A DNA stretch of 63,007 bases, counting the filler, from Perkinsus chesapeaki ATCC PRA-425 (Eukaryota > Protista > Perkinsozoa), in assembly GCA_013115145.1 (NCBI GenBank). It is 5 parts of 5 records of this genome, joined end to end, with 100 filler letters (N's around TTAATTAATTAA, not from the genome) between each part and the next. Parts side by side here need not be neighbours in the genome. Positions count along the whole stretch, not along the records: positions 1 to 30,020 come from JAAPAO010000447.1; 4 more parts are not named here. One strand, given 5' to 3'. The notes under the pieces were generated by a model that searched no databases, had not been told where the DNA came from, and worked only from the letters and a program-made list of their open reading frames with translations. The translations under genes and the position numbers were made by a program. Every line of letters begins with the position of its first letter. Position 1 is the stretch's first letter. Shown here in pieces: positions 1-12,000 of the stretch.

Positions 1-203
1 GCAACCATCCTAACATAATGCCAGGTTCTTGTGTTGATGAAACTACTGTTACGTCTCGGGATGACTTGCTACAGCGAGCGAATGGCGGAGCGAAGCGATT
101 CATGTATTCCAGTTTTCGATTTCGTTATCTTTCTGAATTCGTTATGGATTGTTGAGTTGAGTATTCGCTACTAGAAGTCCGTAAGTGTTTTACTATTACA
201 ATA

Positions 204-3200
204 ATGGCAAGCACTTGTACTGAGGTGGACCCTAAGTTGAAGGATATCTTAGGTGAAGATGAATACGTTCATAAAATGCTGGATAAAACAAAGAAAGCTC
301 TAGTGTAATAATTCTAAGGAAATAAGCATACAAAGCCCACTCGTTTATTGTGGATAAGAATGAAATTATTAATGTTCTAGTAGCAGCTGGCATCATAGCA
401 ATTATGATACGCTCAAAAAATATATCAATTCGGACCTGTATACAGGTTATCGGAAAAAAGATCACAACCATTAAACAACGCTTTATCGACGGGTTAATGG
501 GCAATAGACGGGTTAGAGGGATGAAAGTACTGTGGAGTGGATCTGATGAACCGAGTGCAACATAAGGGAATCCAAGTCTACTAGGGCTGTATGATAAAGT
601 TACCGTATTTCTTACAGCCTCTTTTTGAGTACCTGAGTAAGTCTATAAAGCCATGAACGGTGTTGGAGTGATTATTGAGGTTAAATAATATATGTGTTAA
701 ATATAGATTGTTTAAGAATGTGGGATGCTACGTATTAGACTTGTATTTAACAATGCTCAATCGTGAACTCAATTGGTTGCAGTAAAAATAAAGATAATAA
801 AATGTGATTTTAGATCGGCGGCCCATCTACCTGGAGGAACTGAGTACTCAGTCATGGCTAGTATAGAGGATGTTAATAAACGAAGTGAATCTGCTGGCAG
901 GAGAGTCGTTCAATTGCTTGGAAGGCTATTCAAAAAACTGTAATGACGGAAAAGTCGGTATGAAGTGATCGGCGGTTTCAGCGATCCTGAGGTGCACGCT
1001 GGTAGAATTGGGGACTGGGGAGAGTTCGAAGATGCGATTGATAACCTATTTGGGAGGGTTGATGAAGCTTTTAAGATTAAGGATGCAGCTGAACATAAAA
1101 TAGTGGGAGACGCTAGACGGCTGAGAGGCGGTAATACGGAGGGAAAATGATAATACACTTTTTATAGTGAACATAAAGACTGAGGCTATAGATTGATGAG
1201 GGTTATCCACACTTATCATAAAATGCTTTATGGTTAGAATGAGTTATGTATTTGCATCAACTGATAACCGACTTGATCCTTTTATTAGCAAACTCCGAAC
1301 TCACTGCGGTACAGCTCTAGTGACCAGTTGTAGTGGAAGGAACCGAGGACTTCTTTCACTGAACAGTGTCGCACTGTCGAGATTAGGCGCTCTGTATAAT
1401 TTTTATTGCTGTTTGGTCAGGGTTGGATGGAGATCTAAATGCTGAAGTGGCGGATTTACCTTGGAGACCACAAGACAACTTTAAGCAGCTTGTTGATAAT
1501 TATCGACCAAGATTTGTAAAGGAATAGAAAGCTCTGTCTTTGTTATTGATGGTGTAAGGTGCCACGATTGAAGATTAAACATAATAGTGAACTACCTGTA
1601 CCAAAGGCGATAGTGGATGCTCAAAATGGAGGTCATAAAAGGAGGAGGAGGTTCGTTATACGAGTTTAGGGATTATGTAAAGTTCGACTATATAGTACTG
1701 TATAGAGCGCCTTGAATTCTTTCGAAAAGAGCTCCTGCAGGAGGAGTCCCGTTACTTACGAGTCAATAGAAGAATAGTAACCCGATAGGAAGAGGTTTTC
1801 ATTAAGAGCATTCTTTAACTTTCGTTCGAATGGAATGCAACTTTGTTGCTTGTGAAATAGTGTGCTTCCCGCTGTGGTGAGCGGGGTCAAAGAATTTCAC
1901 TCGCACCTTGCAATGTAGTGAATTTTCGTTGTGATGTTGCTCCCTATGTTTAGTTGTATCAACCGAGCCTTTGCCTAATGCATACACTGAAGAGATTAGG
2001 GGATGGCAGCAAATGGTGACAGCATCAGTTGATGGGATGACAGAGGTTACCTCACCACAGCTGCCAAATAAGGAAGCGGAGTTGGTAGTATTGGTGGCGG
2101 TTCGACTTGTGCTTTTATTGCTCTACTATCTGAGACTAGAGTTAATCTATACTACGTATCGACGAGAAAAATGAGGAATTGAACGACGTATCTACACATA
2201 CCGTATGTGACATACGTATATTACTTATCATTAATATTATGATAATATATATAGGAATTGCATACATTATTCCTCAATATACAATGTATGCCTTGAAGCC
2301 TTGACAGAACACGTGGCGATTAGAGGATAAGCGTTGGAAATGATCTGGTAGTTGGATTCTCGTCTGGGAAATTTGGTCCTCGGGGATCGTGACACGTTCC
2401 TAATGCGACAGAGGTGTTGCTGTAAACTATGTTCCTTGGCGAAGAGGAGATGCGAAATGATTAATGTTGTGTGTCAGATGTGGGTCGATACAGTAGAGTT
2501 GGTGGATGAGATGTTGGATGAGTTGGCAGAGGCGCCGGAAGTTGCTATTGATTTGGAGCATCACAACATGCAGAGCTACAGGGGCTTTACGTGCCTTATA
2601 CAGGTATAGTTTAGTCGGTTAGAGTGTTTGGCTTTTGAGCCGAAGGTCGCGGGTTCTATTCCCGGTGGGGGCACCTGGTTATTTTCAGATTGCAACTCGT
2701 AAGAAGGATTATATAGTAGATGTATTGGCGCCCGGCATAATGATGAAGATGCATGATTTTAATAGGATAACGAGTGATCCAGGAATAGTCAAGGTAAGAT
2801 ATTTTGGAGGTTGTTTTGGAGCCTCGCTTTGTCGTTGTTATTCGTCTTAATATTAACTCTCTATGGCCTGGGGCGTGGTAGGGATAGAATGGCAATTAGT
2901 ATGCGTCGTCGAACCATGATGATACAGTCCACATTAGATTCATCTACATCGTTGTAGTACAGATAGATAATGACTAGTTTACACTAGTCTAGGGATTGGA
3001 CCATACAGCTACATTTTGACAAACTCTGTATCATGTGGAATATAATTGGGGAATAGTGAGATCGTCCGAGAGACCTTCGCGATCATTTTGCCGTTTGGTG
3101 GCTTGCGGCAGGCAGAATAACGTTTTTTATTATTTGTCGGGTGGTTGGATCGAACCCGGGTGGATCGTCTGTTTAGGTCCTTCATGGTGCGGATATGGAT

Positions 3201-6200
3201 GTACAATGGTTACAGAGGGATCTATCAGCGTATCTTGTTAATATGTTTGATACTGGTCAAGCTGCCAGAGTTCTTGAACTAGGAGGAGGGTGAGGAGGGG
3301 GGGAACTTAGGAAGGAGGAGGAGGACTTGCATCGCTCCGCCTTTTTTGTAATTATTTATTAACTTTCTGCATACATCTATTTACTATGCAATTTGGGCCT
3401 ATCAGCCGTTATGGCGTTTTAATAGAACTCCAACCGCATTTCGGTGGTGATGTTATGTATCAAATACGCTATGATGAGTTACGCACATTTTATAACGACT
3501 TCGATAATGCATGGGGAAGAATACTGCGAGTACGGGTACGAAATTTTCCGATATTTTTGGGTAGTTGCTGTGAGACGATGGGTAGATATGTGTTCAACAG
3601 ATGCTGCATCTAACTTAGTGTAATCGATCAGGTGATCGATTATGTTGGCTTCAGGTATAGTTTGAAGAATCTATTGGATTTCTATTGTGGTTTCAAAGCT
3701 GATAAGGAGAACCAGGTGGCAGATTGGCGGCAACGGCCACTTTCCGATCGTATGAAGCAGTATGCTAGAAATGATGTGCATTATTTACTGTAAGACAGCA
3801 GCTCTACAATGATTAGGGAGATGGAAGGAAGTGTTGAGGCTCGTCGTCGTCGTCGTCGTCATCGTTTTACTAGTTATTAATGAACAGCGCGCAACTCATC
3901 GTTACCAACTGCGTTACGAATTTTCAAGAAGTAGAATTATTGTAGTGAGTTATTTATATATCATTCTTATATAAATACATTGATTCTCTTTCAATAATTG
4001 GAAGGTGTGGTAATAATGATGTGATACATTTGTTGTTTGGTATTAATAGTGCTCTGGAGTTTTGCTTGGTAATGGACATGTATGAATTGGGTGACATTCG
4101 CAATACAATAAAGTATGCTATGCGCCTCTACTGGGGTGAAGTGGTGCCCAATAGAAATATAAAGTTATTATTTATCATTCGACAGTCGATTTGTTTCGCA
4201 AATTGGATGCGTCATTGTTCAGATATATTTATGATCGAATGCGAGCTCAATTATTATGTGCTGGTGGAGGAGTCGAAGAAGGAAAGGTTACGGCGTACGG
4301 CAGGAAAATGTAAGACACCTATATGGTGCAATTTAAGATCGAGATAGAAAAGTTTGGTATGACTTTGTGCGGTGTGTCAGTGTTGTCGGCAACACATGTT
4401 GGCAAGGGGAACGAAATGTCACATTCTCGTCGCTTTGACATATCTCAACAGTATTTTTTCCTTGTGAGGCATCCAAAGCTCAACTGTGGCATTGGCAGCC
4501 GAGAGAGAAACCAACTCACTTGAAAGAATATCTTATAGCTCACTTACCTGCATAGGGACGCCGGCAAGGGTACTTTCCCTCACCGATGTTACCGTCTTAT
4601 CGATCTCTGTGGGGTGATTGGTGGGAAATTTCTGAAAGAGGCTCCAAAAATGCAGTAGTAATTCCCACCTCCTCTGTAGGTATCTGAGTGTTATTAATCG
4701 TAGCTGTGACGTTGCTTTGAAGACATATAAAGATGCCGACTCGGATTTTATGGAGCATGCGGTAAGTTGACTTGAGACGGTTTCGGTGAGCAGCATTAAT
4801 ATTGTCGGTCCTTACAGTCAAAGTTTGTTCTTTGATATATCCGAGGGTTATCTTCAGCATGGGTGTATGATCTGCAAACTCTTACTGTATAACTGTGTAT
4901 CGATCTTTATAGCTACTTTTATGAATTAAGAGTGAATTAAAGTACAGTAATATTAATAATAATAAATACACTTGGACGAGGTAGAGTGCAGATGGAAAAA
5001 ATCAACTGGAAAGTCGCATTTTTGAACAAGTCACATTTGCCTTTCGATTCCGCGTCTCTTAAAGACTGGCACAATACCTTCATAACTGTCTCTAGTATTC
5101 TCATTTTCTATAATATATCTCAAGTCTTCTCCACCTTGGCTTTTGCCCAGCTCAGTGATCCCTAAATTTAACCCTCTATTTACGTTCTGTCTTCTATCAG
5201 ATAAAGCTCTCAGCAAAGACCAACACTCCACTCTCTCTCACCGGTCGCCCAATGCTCGCAGCTTTGATGTATTGGCGTGACAAATTAGGGAGAAAGCAGG
5301 ACGTCTTCCCCAACTCGGTGAGATGAAAAAGCACGCGCCCAGATGATCGATTATGATTTGACAGATTCTTACGGACCGGTTGGCCTTGAGGATAGCTATG
5401 GAGGAGCCGGTCACTCGGGAGCAGTTATTCAGGGCGTTGGGAGGAGGGTCAGGGAATGTGGCACGACAAGTTAGAGAGAATGCTGATGAGGTGCTCGCAG
5501 TATTAAAGGTAAGAATGGCGTAGTGGTAGAGCGGTTGGTTAGGGTAGGAAAGGTCGTGGGTTCTATTCTTAGCTTTTGGAATTGCTTCGAGATCGGAAGA
5601 ATTAATAAAATTCATATATAATATATGATAATTTTGTGGCGCAGCGGTCAAGTTCATTATTTTCAGTACGCAGCACTCCATCCGAAGGCCCCTATTCCTG
5701 AGTCCACCGATGAGCTTAACGATACTCCAACCACCTCAGCAGTAGCACCGGTGAAGGCAGCAACTCCGGTGAAGATGGTCAAAAGGAAGATTGCTGCCGA
5801 AGGGAAGAAGAGGACGAGGAAAGCCAGCAGTGGTCGAGAGGAACCAGTTGTGTTGGAAGGGCGCGAAATTGAGATGATAAATCCAGGTGAGAGGAATGGT
5901 TGTCGTCGCTTTGAGTGTCTCCGGATTAGTGCGATATCAATGTCACTGAATTTATCTCTTAGTTTAATATTTCGTTAGTCTATGTTGGTAGCTATTATTA
6001 TTTTGGGCGAGTATAAGTTATAATGATTAAACATCAAAAGTTGGCACCTTTAATTTCCTGGGAGATGATTGTTCCGATTACGAGCGTCTGAGGGGGTGTT
6101 GCGTGCATGTTATTTATGGCTTTATTTACGTTGATCAAGCGGTCGGTGTCGAATATCTTAGCTTGAAGCGTGCATTTTAGGTGATTTACCAAATCACGTA

Positions 6201-8579
6201 GCTAGTAGTACTACTGATGTACTAAGTGTTGATACCTGTGGTGGTGGTGATGATGAGATATCAGCGAAGATTGAAGGTGTTCGAGCTGCTGTTGAAGTGT
6301 CATTAAGAGAGGTAGCCGGTGATGCGCATCATCCTATCTTATTATCGGAAATAAAATTCTTGCAAATTTCCCATTTGTTTTTCCATTCGTTTACTGTATA
6401 GTTTTCGCTATACCTGGTAGGCCATTTTTCGGAATTCGGTATTCCAATACATATATGGTATCTGATGTACCGTCCAACTTCGTCATCGCACGCAGCTCTA
6501 CGGCGAGAGATAATGTTGCTGTACTTGGCTCTCGTTGAACTTGAAGTTAATGAATTGATAACGCATCGGCATAGAGCTCGTGGAATAAGAATATATACAG
6601 CAAAGTTTATGAGTCTACTACTAGACAATCAATCTACACTAAGCTTAGCTCAAAGATATTTGTGTTACACAAGAGATTCTTGCAATCTTGCTAATCTTGC
6701 TTGAATCACAAGTTGCGATTCTCACAGATAACTAAAATTCGGTAGTTTTGTATAGCAGATTTGCACACACTGTATAGCATGTACCACCCTGAGCGTTGAA
6801 CCATTGACAACGTCTTAAGTGAATGAAGTGAAAGCAGTGATTTTCATCATCGCTGCTACAGGAGAAATTCCCATTACATTTTTCTCTGAATTGTTTGTCT
6901 TTCGATAAGGTGCCGGCGGAGTTGGCAAGTACGATGTACTTGGCACGACAAAAGGAAGATGCTCCGAAGGAAAATGAAGAAATCGATGAGAATCCTGTTG
7001 TGGCCACGAGTACGGTTGAAGCTACTGAGCTCAAGGTATGTGCATGCGTGCAGATTTCATACCGTATTTTCGTTTGATCGTCAGAATGATATGTCTAGTA
7101 AAAATAAGGACGTATCATCATCATCATCACCTGACATCATTCATGTGAAGGGAACGAAGGTTATCCCCAAGAGCATTCGGCAAGCCTATGCTAATGTAAG
7201 GGGGAAGGGCTCAAGGTGAATGGCCAACAGGCTGACAACTACGTTTACAGACGCAAGAAAACCGACTATTCTCTGGACGTTACGGTTGGGAGTCGGATGA
7301 ATTCAAAAATAATGAGCTCGAAAATGGTTATTCTTGCAGTCGAGGTGTTTGCTTGTCTGGACCCCGCGTTCCGGGTGATGTATTGAAGGACAATCTTACA
7401 CTACGGAATTGCGCTGATCAAAACGCCGCTTTGAAAATGGCCTTCCCTTGAGCAGTGTTAAGTCTCGTGTGGCTTTGGTGGCGATGTCCAACGTAGGCCG
7501 GACATTTGTTCAGAAGGAGAAATAGGTTGGGTTCAGTGGTGTAATGAATGTATGTCGCCGCGAATATCTCACATTGTCGTCGGTTTTTTTACTGGGGCGC
7601 AACGGTGGGGTAATACTGAGCGATAGTCACTGTATCGAGAAATAATAAAATCGATAGTTTTTCGGTAAGAGTATGTTATCTTGTTCTCATCAGGTTCCCC
7701 AAGCCCCAGTGAGTGGGCTATTGGGCAGAGGTCGTCATGGCTCTAAAGCCAATGCTGAGATAAGGAGAGACACTCCAGTGACGAGTGGGAAACGATCGGC
7801 TGCTAGTCAAGCTTTGAAGTAAGCGAAGGGATACGTTGTATTTTGGGACTATTTAAAAATATAAAGTCTTAATTTATCGAGGGTAGGAAGGTAATGTGGA
7901 CTAGAACTTCTCCTGAGGAAAGCTCGCTCGTAGAAAAGTGTTTCCAGTACGGAGGTGTAATAGAGAGACTCATAAGTTGCTATTCAAAACGATACGTGAT
8001 TCCCCTCGGAGCAGTCGATGATCTTTATGGCTTCGCGTCAGCATGTTGCTTCTTATCAGGTTCATCGAGCAAGAGTTCGACCTTAAGGACGACGATGCTA
8101 GTAACTTGCCCGCCCCAGCATCGAAGAAGAGGAGGAAGAATAAGAGGCAAAATGGAGGGGAAGGTTCGACGCCGCCGTCTAGCCCAGCGAATGGTAGGTA
8201 TCTGGCGAGCGTTGGTGTATCACACTTGAGACCTCGGGCTGAGCGGGGTTAAACGTGTTTTTGGCCGTGCCGATTGCACCGGGGAAAACCGCAAAAAAGG
8301 CCAGAGAAATTTCCGAAGAAAATTTCAGGAAGAGTGAGTTTGAAGGTGAATTCTGACGTGAAGCGTTATCGATATATTTTGGGAACATCATCGAATGTAG
8401 TGTCGAAGCTGATTCCAGTTTCACAATGGATAAGTTGAAGTTGTGGAATTTAGTACAGTACAAGTTGGAGTATAATTGTTGCTCGTTTTTCCGACATGCG
8501 AGTTGCCAAATATTCATTTATTTCAGATGGAGGTGGATTCGCGAAGCCTAAGGGGATTGCTAAGCGACAACGACGGTGA
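204..8579 (+). CDS. RRP6: Exosome 3'-5' exonuclease RRP6/EXOSC10 (multi-exon)
   Basis: Spliced exons give DEDD-Y exonuclease motifs [21 protein letters not shown] (~2540-2603), [27 protein letters not shown] (~3177-3290), [18 protein letters not shown] (~3655-3790), YIYDRMR (~4222), [17 protein letters not shown] / [15 protein letters not shown] (~5200-5510), and a basic NLS-like C-terminus ending KRQRR* at 8577-8579. The 5' exons (ATG 204) are less certain. Confidence 0.93.
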
Positions 8580-9011
8580 TTACTGTTGTTGTTGTAAACG
8601 TTATACGTCTAATACTGTTGTTTCCTAAGTGAATGGTGTTGATGTTCTCATACCATACTTCTGTCAAATCGTATTTTTACCCCCCCCCCCTATCGCATAA
8701 CTTTATGTTCGAATTGCTCGGCGTCTTTTCGATACATGAGGGCTCATTTCATTATGAACTCTTCTCCTGCAATAAATTTTATTAGCTGTGAATTCAACTC
8801 GCCAGTTTAAATTCAACGAAAAGCTTCCAGGGCAGTTCCCTTGGCGATCGACTATCGGCGAGGAACTCAGTAGTAGGGAACTCACTAACTCAGTATTCAT
8901 AAGCCCTATTATGACACAGTGTAATCATGCATCGTAACTCAGGCATAGTTATTGCTATATTCCTTGTATATCCTCCCACATACGGATTGTTGCTACAATA
9001 GTGTATAATAT

Positions 9012-12000
9012 ATGTCAAAGCAGCATTTTGCCAAACCTCATCGAACGCGGCCGCCGTCTTCTACATTCCTTGGTTTGAATAACTGGTATAAGATATCATT
9101 ATTTTGGTTATATATAGTCGTGTGGGTTGCTCAAGGCCTATTGGTAAGTCTACCTTGTTAGCTTCAATACTTACCACAATTTGCCACTTCAACGATTATT
9201 TGCGCGTAGAATGGATAGTCTAACTAAGCCAATTTCGGCGTTGGACTATAAACTCACATACACGTACCACAATTCGCCATTTCAACGATTTTTCCTTTCG
9301 CGCTTCAAGATAGCCTAGGTTGAGGATCAATAACCAGACTTCACCAACTGCTTACGTGTCTTAAAGGCACGTGTACCCTAAGCTGCTGCCCGTGCTTAAG
9401 CTTCGAATATGTGTATCAGAAGTACGGTCGGGAAAAGATCAAGTCTAAACTTGCATTTTTGACAAGGTTAGCTGTGAACGTTGAATTCCGGTCTCGGGTA
9501 GGCGTGCGCTGTAATGAACTCTGAAAGATGTTTGTCAATTGAAAAGGTTAAAGAGATGTATTCCTGTTGAGGTCCACGAAGTATCGGTGGCTGACACCAG
9601 AGATGGCATCAAGACCGATCCCAAAGTAGCAGTAGCATGGCAAGAGACTACCAAACTCATTATGGCTTGGTCGCTATTTCTATTCGAAACCGGCGGTACG
9701 ATAATGCAGCTTATAAGGCAATCGATGGGGCATCCAAGGTTACTGATGCTGTAAGTGATGTGAGTTAAGTTAGTGTGGACAGCTAGAGGTGTCAGAAACC
9801 TGGTGCCAGCGACGATGTACAGTATTTATAACGTCCTTACCTACTATGGATTGAAGCGTTTCGATCCAGCTACCTATTTTGTAAGTGATTGAACTTTTAC
9901 GAATCGATTGCAGTCCCATTTAATAATACCTAATATAAAACCACATTCTGTTCCGGTTCGCTGATGACATGCGTGGTAGTGAAAACATATAAAGTGTGGA
10001 AGGTATCCAACGTTCTGAGCATCGGTACCGTACTTCGTCGACAAAGGCGCGACTTTGTCTCTGAAACGGTTTCACTTTCCCTTTATCATACGTATCTGAC
10101 TTATTCGTGTTTGCCTAGTAAGATTTAGCCCCCCATGTCGAATAAGTATATTACTTATGTGTTTTAGTGAGTTGATACGTTTTTATAGGTAGTTGAAGTT
10201 ATAATATTGACACCACATCATGGCAAACATTTCTCTTTCTTTTACCTACAATTTATAATGTATTGTAGTGAATCATCATTTCTGATATTTTATTCCATCC
10301 AACAAGTATGAATATTCTCTATAGTAGGAATACTGTATCGGTTACGATCCGCATCCTAATAATTCACATAGCAGCTCTCAAGATAGACCAATTGCTAGAC
10401 ATAAAACGGTCGATGTCTTCTGTAATTCAGGTGTTATTGCAGACAAGAATAATCATAACAGCTGTATTATATCAACTCCTTGACACGGCTAATAGAAGAA
10501 TAACTCGTACCCAGTGGGTCGCACTTTTATTGATAATGTTGGGATCGATGCTCAAGGAAGGTCCAGCGTTCTATGCTGTTATCTCTGGTAAGGGGTTCTT
10601 CTCCTATATATTCTTGAGTAGTTTTATGTTTCAGGTGGTACCTTAATGATGCATCCACCAAGTGACTATGCGATCATCCTCTTACAAGCCTTCTTGTCGA
10701 GCTCGGCAGGTATCTTCTCGGAGAAGCTCCTCAAGCAGCCTGAAGTTAATCCACATGTGAGTGCGTATCGAGATAAATGTTAATGAAGCGAGTCAGCAAT
10801 CGTTTAGGATACCTATCATCGTGGGTTTTGTCACCCGTTCGGCGTTGGACTATAAACTCACACACACAGTCACCCATCGGTTTTACCTCTTACATTTACC
10901 CGATCGACGTCGCCTCCATATCTGTTTGGTATGTTTTATTACGTGCGCCTAGAAAGAATATATTCGATGCCATTCGCTGTAGGATAATAAACCCTATGAG
11001 AATTTCTAGAATGTCTCCACTTCAGGAAAAAGATAACGCTACCTGCATGGCGTGTCGATCTGTTTCATGCTGGTTAAATGACGCCTATCTCCCATATGCT
11101 AGTTAAACCACTTTGCATAGCGCCACTCGTAAAAAATACCTCCCCGCGTAATCACATTATGCGGCAACGGGCAAAGCGTGATTGAAAGTGAAAGGCGCGC
11201 ATTGCATGCACTGTGCGGTTATTGCACTAGCATGGGACAACGTCAACTACGTCCACATTTTCCCTATGCGTAGGGCTTACCGTCTTCGAAGTCTCGCGTT
11301 CTTAGTCGCTGTATTGACACAATTACAACGCTTTTCCGTTTTAAAGTAACGCGTGCTAACACGCATGCGCAGGGGGGCGGCGCCCCGTTCATTGCCCTCA
11401 GGGTGTGAAATATGCTCCCCTGGCAACTCCTGTATTGCTGAATTGAACCAAATGTTACTCGATAGTAGTACCATTACACTATGGCGATCCATAGGACTGT
11501 GGTTGGTCGTCAGTAGTTGTTGTTTTTGTACACGATGCAGCAATCCGTCGACCGCATGTTCAATCGAGCGTTTCCACGCAAACGACAACTACCATCCTCA
11601 AGCTCCTCTTCTACAACTCCCCCACCTCCCAAGCCTGAGAGTGTGTCCTCAAAAGATACCTCTGAAGAAAAAGCATCCGTTTGCAAACCTCGCCAAGGCT
11701 GGTTTGACCGGTTTGAGTGGCTTGTCAACCTCAGAAGCACGATGGGACAGGACAGATTGGAATCTATGATGAGATGCCACATTCACCGTGACACTCTGCA
11801 TCAGTTGGACCTCAAGAAAGTGGTGAACACTTTTGTTAGGACCAACACTACGAGGATGGCACACTTCAAACTTTTCGAGGTCTCCTAGTTAGTTCTCTCG
11901 GCTCGATTGTGCCTTGCCGCAAGGCCATCGCATAAACATAGATATAGTGAAGGAAGGGTGATCTGACCTGCTGGGAGCTACTCTAAGTAACTGCTCAATT

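Noticed and set aside
4538-4680. CACTTACCTG resembling the U1 snRNA 5' end, or a minus-strand donor
   Set aside because: No U1 loop I/II motifs or Sm site follow; it lies in an RRP6 intron and is a chance-level match.
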